A stretch of DNA of 64,000 bases from Octopus sinensis. Taxonomy: Eukaryota. Every line of letters starts with the position of its first letter. Position 1 is the first letter of the stretch. A model generated the notes under the pieces. That model was not told the DNA's origin and did not search any database. It saw only the letters and a list, made by a program, of their open reading frames with translations. Shown here piece by piece: positions 11,387 to 23,839 of this stretch. The position numbers were made by a program, and so were the translations under genes. The DNA is taken from positions 2,480,001-2,544,000 of the forward strand of contig NC_043000.1 in the NCBI RefSeq assembly GCF_006345805.1. The letters are read 5' to 3'.

Positions 11387-11466
11387 CTCATTACAGCTGT
11401 TTCGTATGCATTTTTAAGAATGAATGCATTACATCACTTCAAAAAAAACCATAATCATCAGATGAA
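11387..11466 (-). ncRNA. Type I hammerhead ribozyme motif (same family as 8644-8727)
   Basis: UUCAU / CUGAUGA / UUAUGG...UGCAUAC / GAAA / CAGCUG / UA / AUGAG; a partial inverted copy of the downstream flank lies at about 11542-11590. Confidence 0.75.
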
Positions 11467-11879
11467 ACATAATTTTAAAACAGTAGGATATCCCAAGAAC
11501 ACAGGAACATACCTGAAGCCAAAGTTGACCATGAAATAAGCTGACATTTATCCATCATCTGTTATTAATCATTTGCTTATAATACACCTTTTTTTTTGCT
11601 TATAATATCATCATCATCATTGTTCGACCGTGGTCGAGACTTTCATAGTCTTTTAAAATGGCTAATAATGTGTGCATGTGCCACTACTACACACATCGGA
11701 AAGCATTGTACAACCAAGTACTAAAGAAGATCTTTCCTCCTCCATGAAACAAAGCTATTCCCGCTGGACGTCAACCCAGTATTTCTAAGCTACGGACCCA
11801 GTGATTTATTGTAAGGTTATCTCCCTAGATAGATTGCCTTCACTACGGCTAAGGAGCCCTTTCTACCCCATAATATACT

Positions 11880-12078
11880 GTGGCACCTGTGCAGGTGGCA
11901 CGTAAAAAGCACCCACTACACTCACGGAGTGGTTGGCGTTAGGAAGGGTATTCAGCTGTAGAAACATTGCCAGATAAGACTGGAGCCTGGTGCAGCCTTC
12001 TGGCTTCCCAGATCCCCGGTCGAACTGTCCAACCCATGCTAGCATGGAGAACGGACGTTAAACGATGATGATGATGAT
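11880..12078 (+). mobile_element. RTE-type 3' end with (GAT)n tail
   Basis: GGCACGTAAAAAGCACCCACTACAC...CCATGCTAGCATGG...GGACGTTAAACGATGATG; about 20 related copies in window. Confidence 0.8.
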
Positions 12079-12276
12079 ACCATAGGGATTCATGACACAT
12101 TGGACACCCTGGAGTATACCAAACAATGTATAGTCAACACATGTTCGGAGGGGGATGGGATAAGTTACCTGCATCAACTTGCTATTAAAGCAGGTAGTAA
12201 TTTTGCCTGGTTATTATTCTTAGTGCAAGTTTTGAAGAGGGCAGTTTGGTTAGAACAGTTATTTTTTCAAGCCATA

Positions 12277-13118
12277 ATGGAAGTGACAAAGGAGCATATT
12301 CGGCATATTTTGCTCTATGAGTTCACTAAGGCAACAACACAACAGAATGTGCAAGGAATATTAATGCATTATATGGGGATTGGGCAATGAGCGTAACCTA
12401 GTGTCAACGGTGATTCCAGAAATTGCAAGCCAGAAACTACTGCCTAGAAGATGAGCCTCATCCTGGAAGATTTGTAGAGCTTGACATGGACATCCTGCAA
12501 ACCCTGATGGAACAAAATCCCATGGTAACTGTTGAGGAACTAGCAGAGAAGCTTGGATTTGGTCATTCAACCATTCATCGACACCTATGTGCCATTGGAA
12601 AAGTTAGCAAATTGGGTCAGTGGGCTCCTCACAAATTTTACATGTCTAATTGCATGTGGAGAGTGAATGTGTGCTCTTCTTTGCTGTCACATCTTACAAA
12701 TGAACCATTTTTGGACCGAATGGTGACCGGTGATGAGAAATGGGTTCTTGATAAAAATGTCAAGTGCCAAAGACAGTGGGTAGGGAAAGGAGAAACACTG
12801 GCACTCCAGGCTAAAGGAGGTCTTGACCCATGTAAGGTATTGTTATCTGTTTGATGGAATATGAAAGGTTTAATCCATTTTGAACTTTTAAACCCAAACC
12901 AAATGATAACAAAGGAGATCTACTGTGAGCAGCTTGAGCAGCTTAAGTCAGCGCTAGAAGCAAAATGACCATCTTTGGTTTCAAGACAAAAGGTGTTCTT
13001 CCATTAGGATAATGCTCGGCCATATATAGCGAGGATGACATTCCAAAGGCTGGAGCAGTTTGAATGGGAAACGATGCCCCACCCACCATATTTGGCGGAC
13101 ATTGCCCCATCTGATTAT
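12277..13118 (+). pseudogene. Mariner (D,D34D-type) transposase pseudogene
   Basis: MEVTKEHIRHILLYEF...HTH-like region...VTGDEKW...*DNARP...PHPPY..DIAPSDY with stops and frameshifts; cut at the 3' side by an RTE tail. Confidence 0.9.
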
Positions 13119-13719
13119 CTGTGCTGGTGCTGCATAAGAGAACCCAGTACACTCTGTAAAGTGGTTGGTATTAGGAAGGGCACCCAGCCTTAGAAACCAT
13201 GCCAAAACAGGCAATGGAACTTCTTCAGTTGGCCAGCTCCTGTTAAACCGTCCAGCCCATGCCAGCATGGAAAACAGACATTAAATGATAATGATGAATT
13301 TGAATATAAACAAATAAACACACACACACACAACACTATCACACTACCTCTGGAACACCATCATGAAACCCAACACTGTCACTTCAAGACCACACCACTA
13401 CACTACTGGACCACACCAATACCCCTACAAAATAACTATATCCACATACAAAACCATTGCACCACCACACAATTCTAGCACCACAAAACCACCACCACCA
13501 CTACTACTACAACAACCACAACGATCAGCACCATCACCACCACAACCACCACCACCACCACCACCACACACCACCACCATCACTGCTACTACTACTGCAT
13601 TGAAGCCGGAATCAATAGTTACATTTGTGAGTGATGAAAAACATAGCTGCCTTGACATTTCTGACTGGGTTTGTCTGTCTATCTGTTTGTCTGTCTGTCT
13701 GCCTGTCTCACTCTCTCTC

Positions 13720-13760
<41 letters not shown>

Positions 13761-14219
13761 CTTTCCCATCTCTCCATATGTTCTCCTCACACTTGCATAT
13801 ATAATTTATTATAAATAATGTGCATGTGTATATATATATATATATATATATATGTTTACATGCATATACTCACACACATATATTGTGTATATCTGTGCAT
13901 ATATATGTACTTTTGTACATGTGTGTGTACAGATGTTAAAAAAAGAAAATCAGAATCGGTCCATTATAAAAAGAAACTGCTGATTCCTTGTCGCAACCAC
14001 GATCCATCACTTCCACCACACACCTACAACGTCTTCGCAGCTTGTGAGCTTTTCTTTTATCTCTGTTGTGGTTACAGAGGCTGCGTAGTCATTTATTTGA
14101 AAGTTTGGGTTACATTATCCATGATTTTAATAACAGGTTCCTTTGTCATATATCATGTGTATGTGTAAATATATATATATATATATTTATGTATGTGTGT
14201 ATGTATGTATGTATGTATG

Positions 14220-14281
<62 letters not shown>

Positions 14282-14385
14282 TACATATATATATATATAC
14301 ATACATATATGAAAAAGACAGTTTTGCTAACTTCAACCTTCAATAAATGTCTGTTTTTTATGTTTAAATATACATAATATATACA

Positions 14386-14426
<41 letters not shown>

Positions 14427-14862
14427 GTGTATATTATAAATATATATATATATGCATGTGTGTGTATATTATATATGCATGTATGTATATATATATATGT
14501 ATGTATGTATATATATATATATATGCATGTATATGTATATATATCTATATGTATATATGTGTGTGTGTGTGTGTGTGTATGTATGTGTGTATATATATAT
14601 ATATGTATGTATGTATGTATATATATATATATGTATGTATGTATATATATATGTGTATATATATATATGTATGTATGTATATATATATTATGTATGTATG
14701 TATATATGTATATATATATGTGTGGTGTATATATATATATATATGTATATATATATGTGTGTGTGTATATATGTATGTATATATGTATATATATATGTGT
14801 GTGTGTGTATATATATGTGTGTGTATATATATATATATATTATATATACATACATGATCAAT

Positions 14863-15002
14863 TGACTGAAAAATGATGAGCTAACTCCAGCTAGAGCCAA
14901 ACCCGCAAATCAACGATAACATGGCTCCTTGCACATCCAATTGAGCCAGTGTTGATTTGTGGGTTCAATTCTAGCTGGTGTTAGCTCAACATTTTTCAGT
15001 CA
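14863..15002. mobile_element. MITE / foldback (140 bp, about 55-bp imperfect TIRs, AAT duplication)
   Basis: TGACTGAAAAATG...CATTTTTCAGTCA flanked by AAT (14860-62, 15003-05). Confidence 0.6.
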
Positions 15003-15161
15003 AATGTTTAGATAAATGTCACTTTAGTCGGAGTATACATATTATCATTATGATATATTTTTATATAGTTATTATTGTGTATGTATGTACGTAACCGCAT
15101 GTGTATCGTTGGCTATTTTTGTTCCTCTGACTTCCCTTCCTTGAATCTTTCCCTTTTCTAT

Positions 15162-15196
15162 GTTTCTGACAAAGAGCTCTGCTCGAAACGTTAAAT
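15162..15196 (+). pseudogene. Decayed minimal hammerhead (G8A) in a PLE-like remnant (about 15100-15300)
   Basis: GUUU / CUGACAA / AGAGC-ucu-GCUC / GAAA / CG / UU / AAAU; homologous to 42642-42676. Confidence 0.55.
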
Positions 15197-15300
15197 CCTC
15201 CTTCTGTTTTTCCTTTTCTGAGCATCCAGTAACACTATACTTGTTCCATGTCCTCGTGTTGTGTTTTCTCTTTGTGTTTTCATGTTTGGATTAACTGTAT

Positions 15301-15338
<38 letters not shown>

Positions 15339-15359
15339 TCTTTTATTCTTTTCTTTTTT

Positions 15360-15569
15360 TCTTTTACTTGTTTCAGTCATTTGACTGCGGCCATGCTGGA
15401 GCACTGCCTTTAATCGAGCAACTCGACCCCGGGACTTATTCTTTTGTAAGCCCAGTACTTATTCTATCGGTCTCTTTTGCCGAACTGCTAAGTAACGGGG
15501 ACATAAACACACCAGCATCGGTTGTCAAGCAATGCTAGGAGGACAAACACAGACACAAACACACACACA

Positions 15570-15611
<42 letters not shown>

Positions 15612-15778
15612 TACGACGGGCTTCTTTCAGTTTCCGTCTACCAAATCCACTCACAAGGCTTTGGTCGGCCCGAGGCTATAGTAGAAGACACTTGCCCAAG
15701 GTGCCACACAGTGGGACTGAACCTGGAACCATGTGGTTGGTAAACAAGCTACTTACCACACAGCCACTCCTGCACCTA
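15360..15778 (-). mobile_element. SINE family A, full-length young copy
   Basis: Near-identical to 511-1228 once that copy's insertion is removed. Confidence 0.9.
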
Positions 15779-16238
15779 TATATATATATATATCATCATC
15801 ATCATCACCATTGTTTAATGTCCACTTTCCATGCTGGCATTGGTTGGGCAGTTTGACAGGAGCTGGCCTGGCAGAAGACTTCACCATGCTTCGCTGTCTG
15901 TTTTGTATGGATTTTAAGTCTGAATGTCCTTCCTATCACCAACCAATCTGCAGAGTGGACTGAGGTTTTTTCATGTAGCACCACCATAGGTGAGGTCAGT
16001 TTGGGCATGGTTTTTGTTTTTATAGTTGGGGATGCCCTTCAAAACACCAACCACTTTACAGTATGGAATGGATGCTTTTAAGTGGCACCAGCACAGGCAA
16101 GGTCACTAAGTAACTTGCAAGACAGAGATCCTTTGAGAGGGGATGGGACATTGGAGGTGATCTTATGCCAGATGATGAAAGGTCAGAGTGTGACAGGGAG
16201 ACAGAAAGAGGTGTCTTGCTGTAGAGGGGATACATGGT

Positions 16239-16270
<32 letters not shown>

Positions 16271-17455
16271 AAGTGTGTGTGTGTGTGTGTGTGATTAAGT
16301 GTCTCACTTCTCCTTCACATAATTTCAAGTTCAGTCTCACATCATGGTATCTTGGGCAGTTATCTTCTGCCATAGCCCCAGGTTGGCCAAAGTCTTGTGA
16401 GTGAATTTGGTAGATGGAAACTGAAAGAAACTTGTCATGTGTGTGTGTGTGTTATTTGTCTCTTCGTTTAAATGACATTGCTGCCATCGTGGCAGCAATG
16501 TCATTTGTTTCCAACCGTCCATGAAAGCGTGTCCAGCCAAGGAGAAATATTACCTTACTTGCAAACAGGTGAGGATTGGCAACAGGAATGACATCTTGGC
16601 CATAGAATATCTGCCTTAATTAAGCTCCATACAACCTGTGCAAACATATAAAGGTGAACATTTAAAATACAAAAAAAAAATGTATGTATGTATTGATTGA
16701 TTGATTGATTGGTTAATTGATTGATTGATTGATTGATTGAAGTGGTATACAGATTTTAAATATTAAGAAAAAGAGAACCATCATTTCTGATGATTCTCCA
16801 AAACAAGATGAGAGAGCTAAATAAATAAATAAATAATTATTCAAAATCTTCTTTTTTCTTAATGTGTGTGTGTGTGTGTCAGTGTTTGTGTGTATATGTA
16901 TTACACATCTGAGTTATACTCGTTTGGTAGATGAATTGATCTGAATTTGTACGTTGAAACTGAAACAGTTCCATTGTGATAGAGTAATGATAACCTTCTA
17001 AAACTCACACACACACATACAAACACACACACACACACACATCTAATGTTACATTCAGTAATATTTTTTTCCTGCAACATTATACTATGCTATAAAGTGT
17101 CAAAATGTTTTATTACACATCTGTGACCCGGTCACTGGTACAATTTATACCATTCCTTTATGCTATATAATACATTATAATATATATATATATACATACA
17201 TATATATATATATATATATACACACATACATACATATGTATATATGTGTGTATACATACACACACATATATATATATATATATATATGTATGTGTATATA
17301 TACATATATATATGTGTGTATATACACATACATACATATGTATATATGTGTGTATATATATATATATACATATTTATATATATGTATACATACATATGTA
17401 TACATACATATGTATATATACATACATAGATATATCTGTATATACGTATACATAC

Positions 17456-17504
<49 letters not shown>

Positions 17505-18407
17505 GCTTTCATAAACAGAAATTTCCAATAACTGTGCTGTGTAGCAATTCCATATTTCTTACTCGACTTAAAAATCTTCAAGTTTATGTCTGTGGCAGCG
17601 CAATGCAATCTGTTTCCTTGTAGCTATATAATACATGAGAAAAATCAAAGTGGTGTCTTTTACTTTTACTGATAAAACACCATTAGCCCTGAAACCATGG
17701 TAGCAAAGTTGTCATTTCTCATTTTGTCAAAGAAATTTGGTGTTATATTCTGAACATTATTATTTAACTGCAAGGCTAAACATGTTTCAAGAATATTAAT
17801 ATCTTATAAGCATTACCTATGCTTTCACATGCTGAAAAACCTGATTATCGCTCTGTATTTTGTTTAGTGTTTCTTTAACAGTTCTAGTTACAGTAGCTAA
17901 GAAAGCACTCATTAATTATATAGAGAGCTTTCCCACTCTGTAGCTCCGTAGTTATAGTTTGGTGGACTGGTCCACTTGGAGTTAAATGTTTGGATCATAT
18001 AGTTGTTGTTGTTAACAGGATATGACATGATGAGTCTTCTCATCTGCTTGTGCAGTCCCTTGTTCCATTTGTTATTCATGGCTCTTTTAAGTGTGGTAAC
18101 TATATAATTATGTAATTAAGTTAATTAATTTAACCTTTTTGAAACCAATTTGCCTGAGACCACCTCTTACTCCTGATATAAACTTGATGTTTTAAAGTGA
18201 TCTAAATCTAAACCTTTCATCAAAATTTCGTGTTCATTTTTGTTCCCAACACCAGCTTAACCTCTGACTTTTAAACCAGCTCTATTTGACCCTAATATTC
18301 TATGTTTTATGTTCAAACTGGCCAGATCCAGCATCTCACACCTACCCTACAATGTCATCCTAAAAATAAACAGTCACATCATCAACATTACAGCCTTACC
18401 TTTTACT

Positions 18408-18808
18408 TGTTTTGGTCATTTGACTGCGGCCATGCTGGAGCACCACCTTTAGTCGAGCAAATCAACCCCAGGATTTATTCTTTGTAAGCCTAGTACTTAT
18501 TCTATCAGTCTCTTTTCCCAAACCGCCAAGTTACGGGGATGTAAACACACCAGCATCGGTTGTCAAGCGATGTTGGGGGACAGACACAGACACAAACATA
18601 CACACACATACACACACATACATATATATATACATATATACATATATACGACGGGCTTCTTTCAGTTTCCATCTACCAAATCCACTCACAAGGCTTTGGT
18701 CGGGCCGAGGCTATAGTAGAAGACACTTGCCCAAGGTGCCACACAGTGGGACTGAACCTGGAACCATGTGGTTCATAAGCAAGCTACTTACCACACAGCC
18801 ACTCCTAG
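18408..18808 (-). mobile_element. SINE family A copy
   Basis: Same head, core and tail as other copies. Confidence 0.85.
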
Positions 18809-20890
18809 GCCTGATTAATTCTATACAATCATCATCATCATTGTTTAATGTCCTCCTTCCATGCTGGCATGGGTTGATGGTTTGAGAGGAGCTGACCAGG
18901 CAGAAACCTGCACCATACTTCTGAGTCTGTTTTGGCATTTGTTTTTTATGGCTGGATGACGGCCGTTCGCCAGCCTCGTCTGGCACCTGTGTCGGTGGCA
19001 CATAAGAAAACACCATCCGAGCGTGGCCGTCTGCCAGCCTCGTCTGGCACCTGTGTCGGTGGCACATAAAATCACCCACTACACTCTCGGAGTGGTTGGC
19101 GTTAGGAAGGGCATCCAGCTGTAGAACACTGCCAGATCTGACTGGCCTGGTGCAGCCTTTGAGCTTGCCAGACCCCAGTTGAACCGTCCAACCCATGCTA
19201 GCATGGAAAGCGGACGTTAAACGATGATGATGATGATGATGATGCCCTTCCTAACATCAACCACTCTGCAGAATGTACTGAGTGCTTATTACATGCCACG
19301 AGCATAGGTGAGGTCAGTTTTGACATGGCTCTTACAGCTTGATGCCCTTCCAAATGCCAACCACTTTACAGTGTGGACTGGATGATGAATAAATAAGCAT
19401 TACATTTGACAGTAATCTGAATGCTAAAGGATTGATAATGACAAACTTGTTTTACTAAATTCTTCACCATTTCCAAAATTAACTGAAATAAAGGTTGTGT
19501 ATCTCAACAGAAATATAGTAATAAAAGAGTTGAACTTCTGTGGAATTCTGCAGTTCGCAACTCCAGTACTTAGTTCAAGATTTGATAGCATTAAGAGACG
19601 AAGATAAATCTTTTCCATCACTGGATCTTAGTCTTTCACATGTAACATTCCCAAAGTTTTGACACTGAGACATTGATAGAATTTAAACTTACAATTTATG
19701 AAGTGGTAACCCAATTCCAAAGGCACTCTTTGTTTTTCAGCTGTAACACACAAATACCATACATAAATAAATAAATACATACATACATACATATAATAAT
19801 ACAAATAATATATAAACATATGCATATATAAATACATATATGTACATACCTACATATAAATGTATATACATACATGTATGGGTACAGGACATCAAAAAAA
19901 CGTTGAACACAATGAGAAATGAAAACATAAAAACAAAAACATAGAAACAAACTTTTTTTCGAACAACGAAAAAAACAAACAGAGAAACGAGACATGCAAC
20001 AGAAAGAATATTCCCCTTCTTCAGTTGTCCCTGTTTCAACTACTCCACATTTTGATACATACATACATACATACACACATATACACATACACACATACAT
20101 ACATGTGTGTGTGTGTGTCTGAGAACACATTGGATAGAGTCTGAATGAGATGATCAGGCGTGGCTGTTTGAACATAGACGGTTTGGCATGACAAACTGGA
20201 CATTCAACCTATTTTGGCAATAGTTCTTTTTACGGCACTAAAGGCAAAAACACACACCCATATGCATGCAGAAATATACTCATACAAATAGAAAGATCGA
20301 GAGAAAGAATCATTACAAATTGTTGGTTGAACATGATTGTCAGAAATATATTCCCTCTCCTCATACGCATAAAGAGAAATATGCTACCACACATAAACAG
20401 AGAGAATAGGGGAAGGAGTAGAGAATGAAACTGGGATAAACATTAAAATATCTGAGGCCAGAAATCAGATATCAACATAAAATCTGCAATGCCAAATGGG
20501 TGGCACCAAAACAGGCTTACCAAAATGTCTTGTGCCTGGATAGAGTAAACTATGTTTGGTCAGAGCTGAATAACAACAACAATACTAGCAAGTTACAATG
20601 CTGTTCAAGAATTTGGACCTGGAGATCTCCATTTCCAGCGACTTCGAGGACCACCTCCCAGTGGTGTCGGGCGTCAAAGAAGAGCCCTCGACTGCAACAA
20701 GACAACCAAAGTTTTTTTTTTTTCCCCAGGTCTGGGGGTCTCCCGCCCCTAAGCCCTAGACCATCACCTAATCACCCTTACCCGTCTTGCTGCTTAACAA
20801 CAACAACAACAACAGCAAGTTATAACTACAACACTAAAGAGCAAAAAGAACAAGAACACAAAATAAAGCAACAACTATAAAACTACTGGA

Positions 20891-21273
20891 TGGAAGCACT
20901 CCGTCGGTTACGACGACGAGGGTTCCGGTTGATCCGAATCAACGGAACAGCCTGCTTGTGAAATTAACGTGTAAGTGGCTGAGCACTCCACAGACACGTG
21001 TACCCTTAACATAGTTCTCGGGGATATTCAGCGTGACACAGAGAGTGACAAGGCAGGCCCTTTGAAATACAGGTACAAGAGAAACAGGAAGTAAGAGTGA
21101 GAGAAAGTTGTGGTGAAAGAGTACAGCAGGGATCACCACCATCCCCTGCCAGAGCCTCGTGGAGCTTTAGGTGTTTTCGCTCAATAAACACTCACAACGC
21201 CCGGTCTGGGAATCGAAACCGCGATCCTATGACCACGAGTCCGCTGCCCTAACCACTGGGCCATTGCGCCTCC
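20891..21273 (-). mobile_element. tRNA-derived SINE family B
   Basis: Head GGAGGCGCAATGGCCCAGTGGTTAGGGCAGCGGACTCG...GGTTTCGATTCCC (A/B boxes, possibly tRNA-Arg-like); second copy at 60759-61141. Confidence 0.85.
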
Positions 21274-21645
21274 ACGTATAAAACTACTAAAGGTAAGAAC
21301 AATTGATAACAAGACCACCACCACCAACAACAACAACAACAGCAGCAAATACTTGAAAACAACAACAACAGTTAAGAAGAACATTGACAGACAACAACAA
21401 CAACAACAACAGCAGCACTAGAGAACTTGCCAGTTCGCTTGAGTGAGCATTACATATTTTCTATTTCCTATTTTACAGCTGAGTGGTCAGTGGCAGGAAG
21501 GACCATGATCCAGTTACTCCCACATCATTGAGGTAACGAGGGAGCCTTTATGTGGTTGTTCTGTTGACTAGAAATAACAACCAAATCTCTTATAAATATA
21601 CAAACCACATTGTATATTCTTGTCCTAGATATACAGTGACCCCAC

Positions 21646-21882
21646 TGTATAAGGCGGCGAGCTGGCAGAAACGTTAGCACGCCGGGCGAAATGCTTAGCG
21701 GTATTTCGTCTGACGTTACATTCTGAATTCAAATTCCGCCGAGGTAGACTTTGCCTTTCATCCTTTTGGGGTCGATAAATAAAGTACCAGTTTCGCACTG
21801 GGGTCGATGTAATCGACTTAATCCCTTTGTCTGTCCTTGTTTGTCCCCTCTATGTTTAGCCCCTTGTGGGTAGTAAAGAAAT
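21646..21882 (+). mobile_element. SINE family C (Deu/Nin-like central domain) with 17-bp TSD
   Basis: GCCTTTCATCCTTTTGGGGTCGATAAATAAAGTACCAG resembles the Deu/Nin domain; TSD ATATACAGTG(A/C)CCCCAC at 21629-45 and 21883-99. Confidence 0.75.
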
Positions 21883-23619
21883 ATATACAGTGCCCCCACA
21901 AAAGTGACGAGATAATTGTGACTGGAATCATAGGTCTGCTTGATCAAGGCTAACCACTAACAAGGTGACCTCGACATAGTCATTCTATCTGCTAGAAATA
22001 ACAGCCAAATCTCTTATAAATTTACAAGAAGGCACAATGCATAATGTAGTCCTACATATTCCGTGCCCTAGTGCTGTCATAAAAATGATGAGATAGTCAT
22101 GACTGGAACCCTATTTATCATAGGTCTGCTTGATTAAGGCTGACTTGGAGATATGAAACAGTAAAAAACGGGTAGCTATGATAAGGTTTGAACTGATGAC
22201 CATGTGGTTAGTAGTGGCTCAACTTGTGTATTTTATTGTCAACGATAGATGAAAGTAATTATTCAGCCAGTGGCATAGATTGAACTTAAATGTCAAGCTT
22301 TTAATTTGGGTCACTTACCCTGTCATTAATATTTTATAGTATCCTAAGGCTGCAATCTGACAGAACTGTTACTATGCCAGGAAAAATGCTTAGCAGTATT
22401 TCATCCATTTATACATTCTGAATTCAAATGCTGCTGGAGTTGACTTTACTTTCCATCTTTTTAGGGTTGATATAAGTACCAGTTGAATTGACTTACCCCC
22501 TCCTCTGAAATTGCTGGCCTTGTGCCAAAAATTGAAACCAATATCATATAGTACTCTAAGGTAGCAAGCTGGCTGGCTGAATTGTTAGCATGCCAGGCAA
22601 AATGCTTTGCAGCCTCATCTGCCTCTATGTTCTGAGTTCAAATGTCACTGGGTTTGACTTTGCCTTTCATCTTTTGGGGGTTGGATACTGGGGTCGATAT
22701 AATCAACTTAGCCCCTTCCCTGAAACTACTGGCATTGTACCAAAATTGGAAGCCAGTTTTATATAGTACTCTAGAAGGAGATAGATTGGCATAAGGATTA
22801 GAATGTCAGATGAAATGCCTTGTGGTATTTAGTTATAATATATTGCATAATGTGAAGGCTTGTGGCCTGGTTGTTAGGCTGTTGCACTCACAATCACTAT
22901 ATCCTGGGTTCACTTCCCAGACCAAGGGGCACATTGTATTCTTGAGCAAAACACTTCATTTCACATTCCTCCACTCCCCTTTTTGCTCAGTGGGGAATGC
23001 TGGCCTGCTCACCTAACCAATGGGGTGGTATCATTCGAAGGCTAAAACAATGCAAAGCGCATTGTGGCCAGCGATGTGTAACAACATCTGATAGTCTGGT
23101 CAGTCACGTGATAGCATGTGATATCACATAATGTGTGTCCAGAGTATGACCTTAAATTACGTCTGGTTGTGGGGCCTTGGTTTGGGAGCTCCAGAGTTTT
23201 GAGGAGTGTGGAATCACCTCTTAGCTACTATTATCCCTGTGTTAACTCTGACCCAGAGAAGTAGCACCTATCAGGGTCCAAGCTATGGGTTAATTAGCAT
23301 GTTGTGGAAGAAACCCCCAAGCATGAAACCCTCACTACCTTGTAAGGGTTTTGTGCCTTAGGAAAGACAAAGGTTCTGGAAACTCAACCTTGACAGCAAA
23401 TCAAGGAGTGAAACTCGGATGATCCAGTGCCTTCTTTAATACCCTTCTGGCAACTCTAGGGTAGGTGGAGCTCTGAGGCAATTCACCTAGGAGAAGGTCA
23501 CTTCAATGTAAAACCTACACTTTATGTCACCATGGCCTTCTTATCCTGCTGAGCCACAGTGGTCAGACCCCCAAGTCTAGAGAGTGGAATTGGATTGTGC
23601 AAACTAATTCTCACTTTAA

Positions 23620-23839
23620 CCCTTTAGTTACTGTATTTATTTTGAGATGCTCTGTGTTTCTTTCAATTACTTTAAATATAACACAGGATTTAGTAAAATA
23701 ACTTCATTATCATTCAGCTAGTTTTAGGAACATAAATTGTGGCTGAGGTTTGGTGGAAGATTTTAATTCAAAACTTATGAAAACAAGACATTTGTACTCA
23801 GAGCCAGAGCCGGTTTCAGCCAGGTTGGTAATGAAGGGG
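23620..23839. mobile_element. piggyBac-type MITE
   Basis: TTAA|CCCTTTAGTTAC...GTAATGAAGGGG|TTAA; same family as 43553-43770. Confidence 0.8.

Noticed and set aside
496-15743. Repeated short ORFs such as FQSFDCGHAG...EQLDPGTYS and YDGLLSVSVYQIHSQG
   Set aside because: Antisense read-through of SINE family A copies; recurrence reflects the repeat.
21479-21532. 54-nt segment with a good acceptor and GTAACG donor
   Set aside because: Stop codons in all three frames and repeat-like context; no support as a coding exon.
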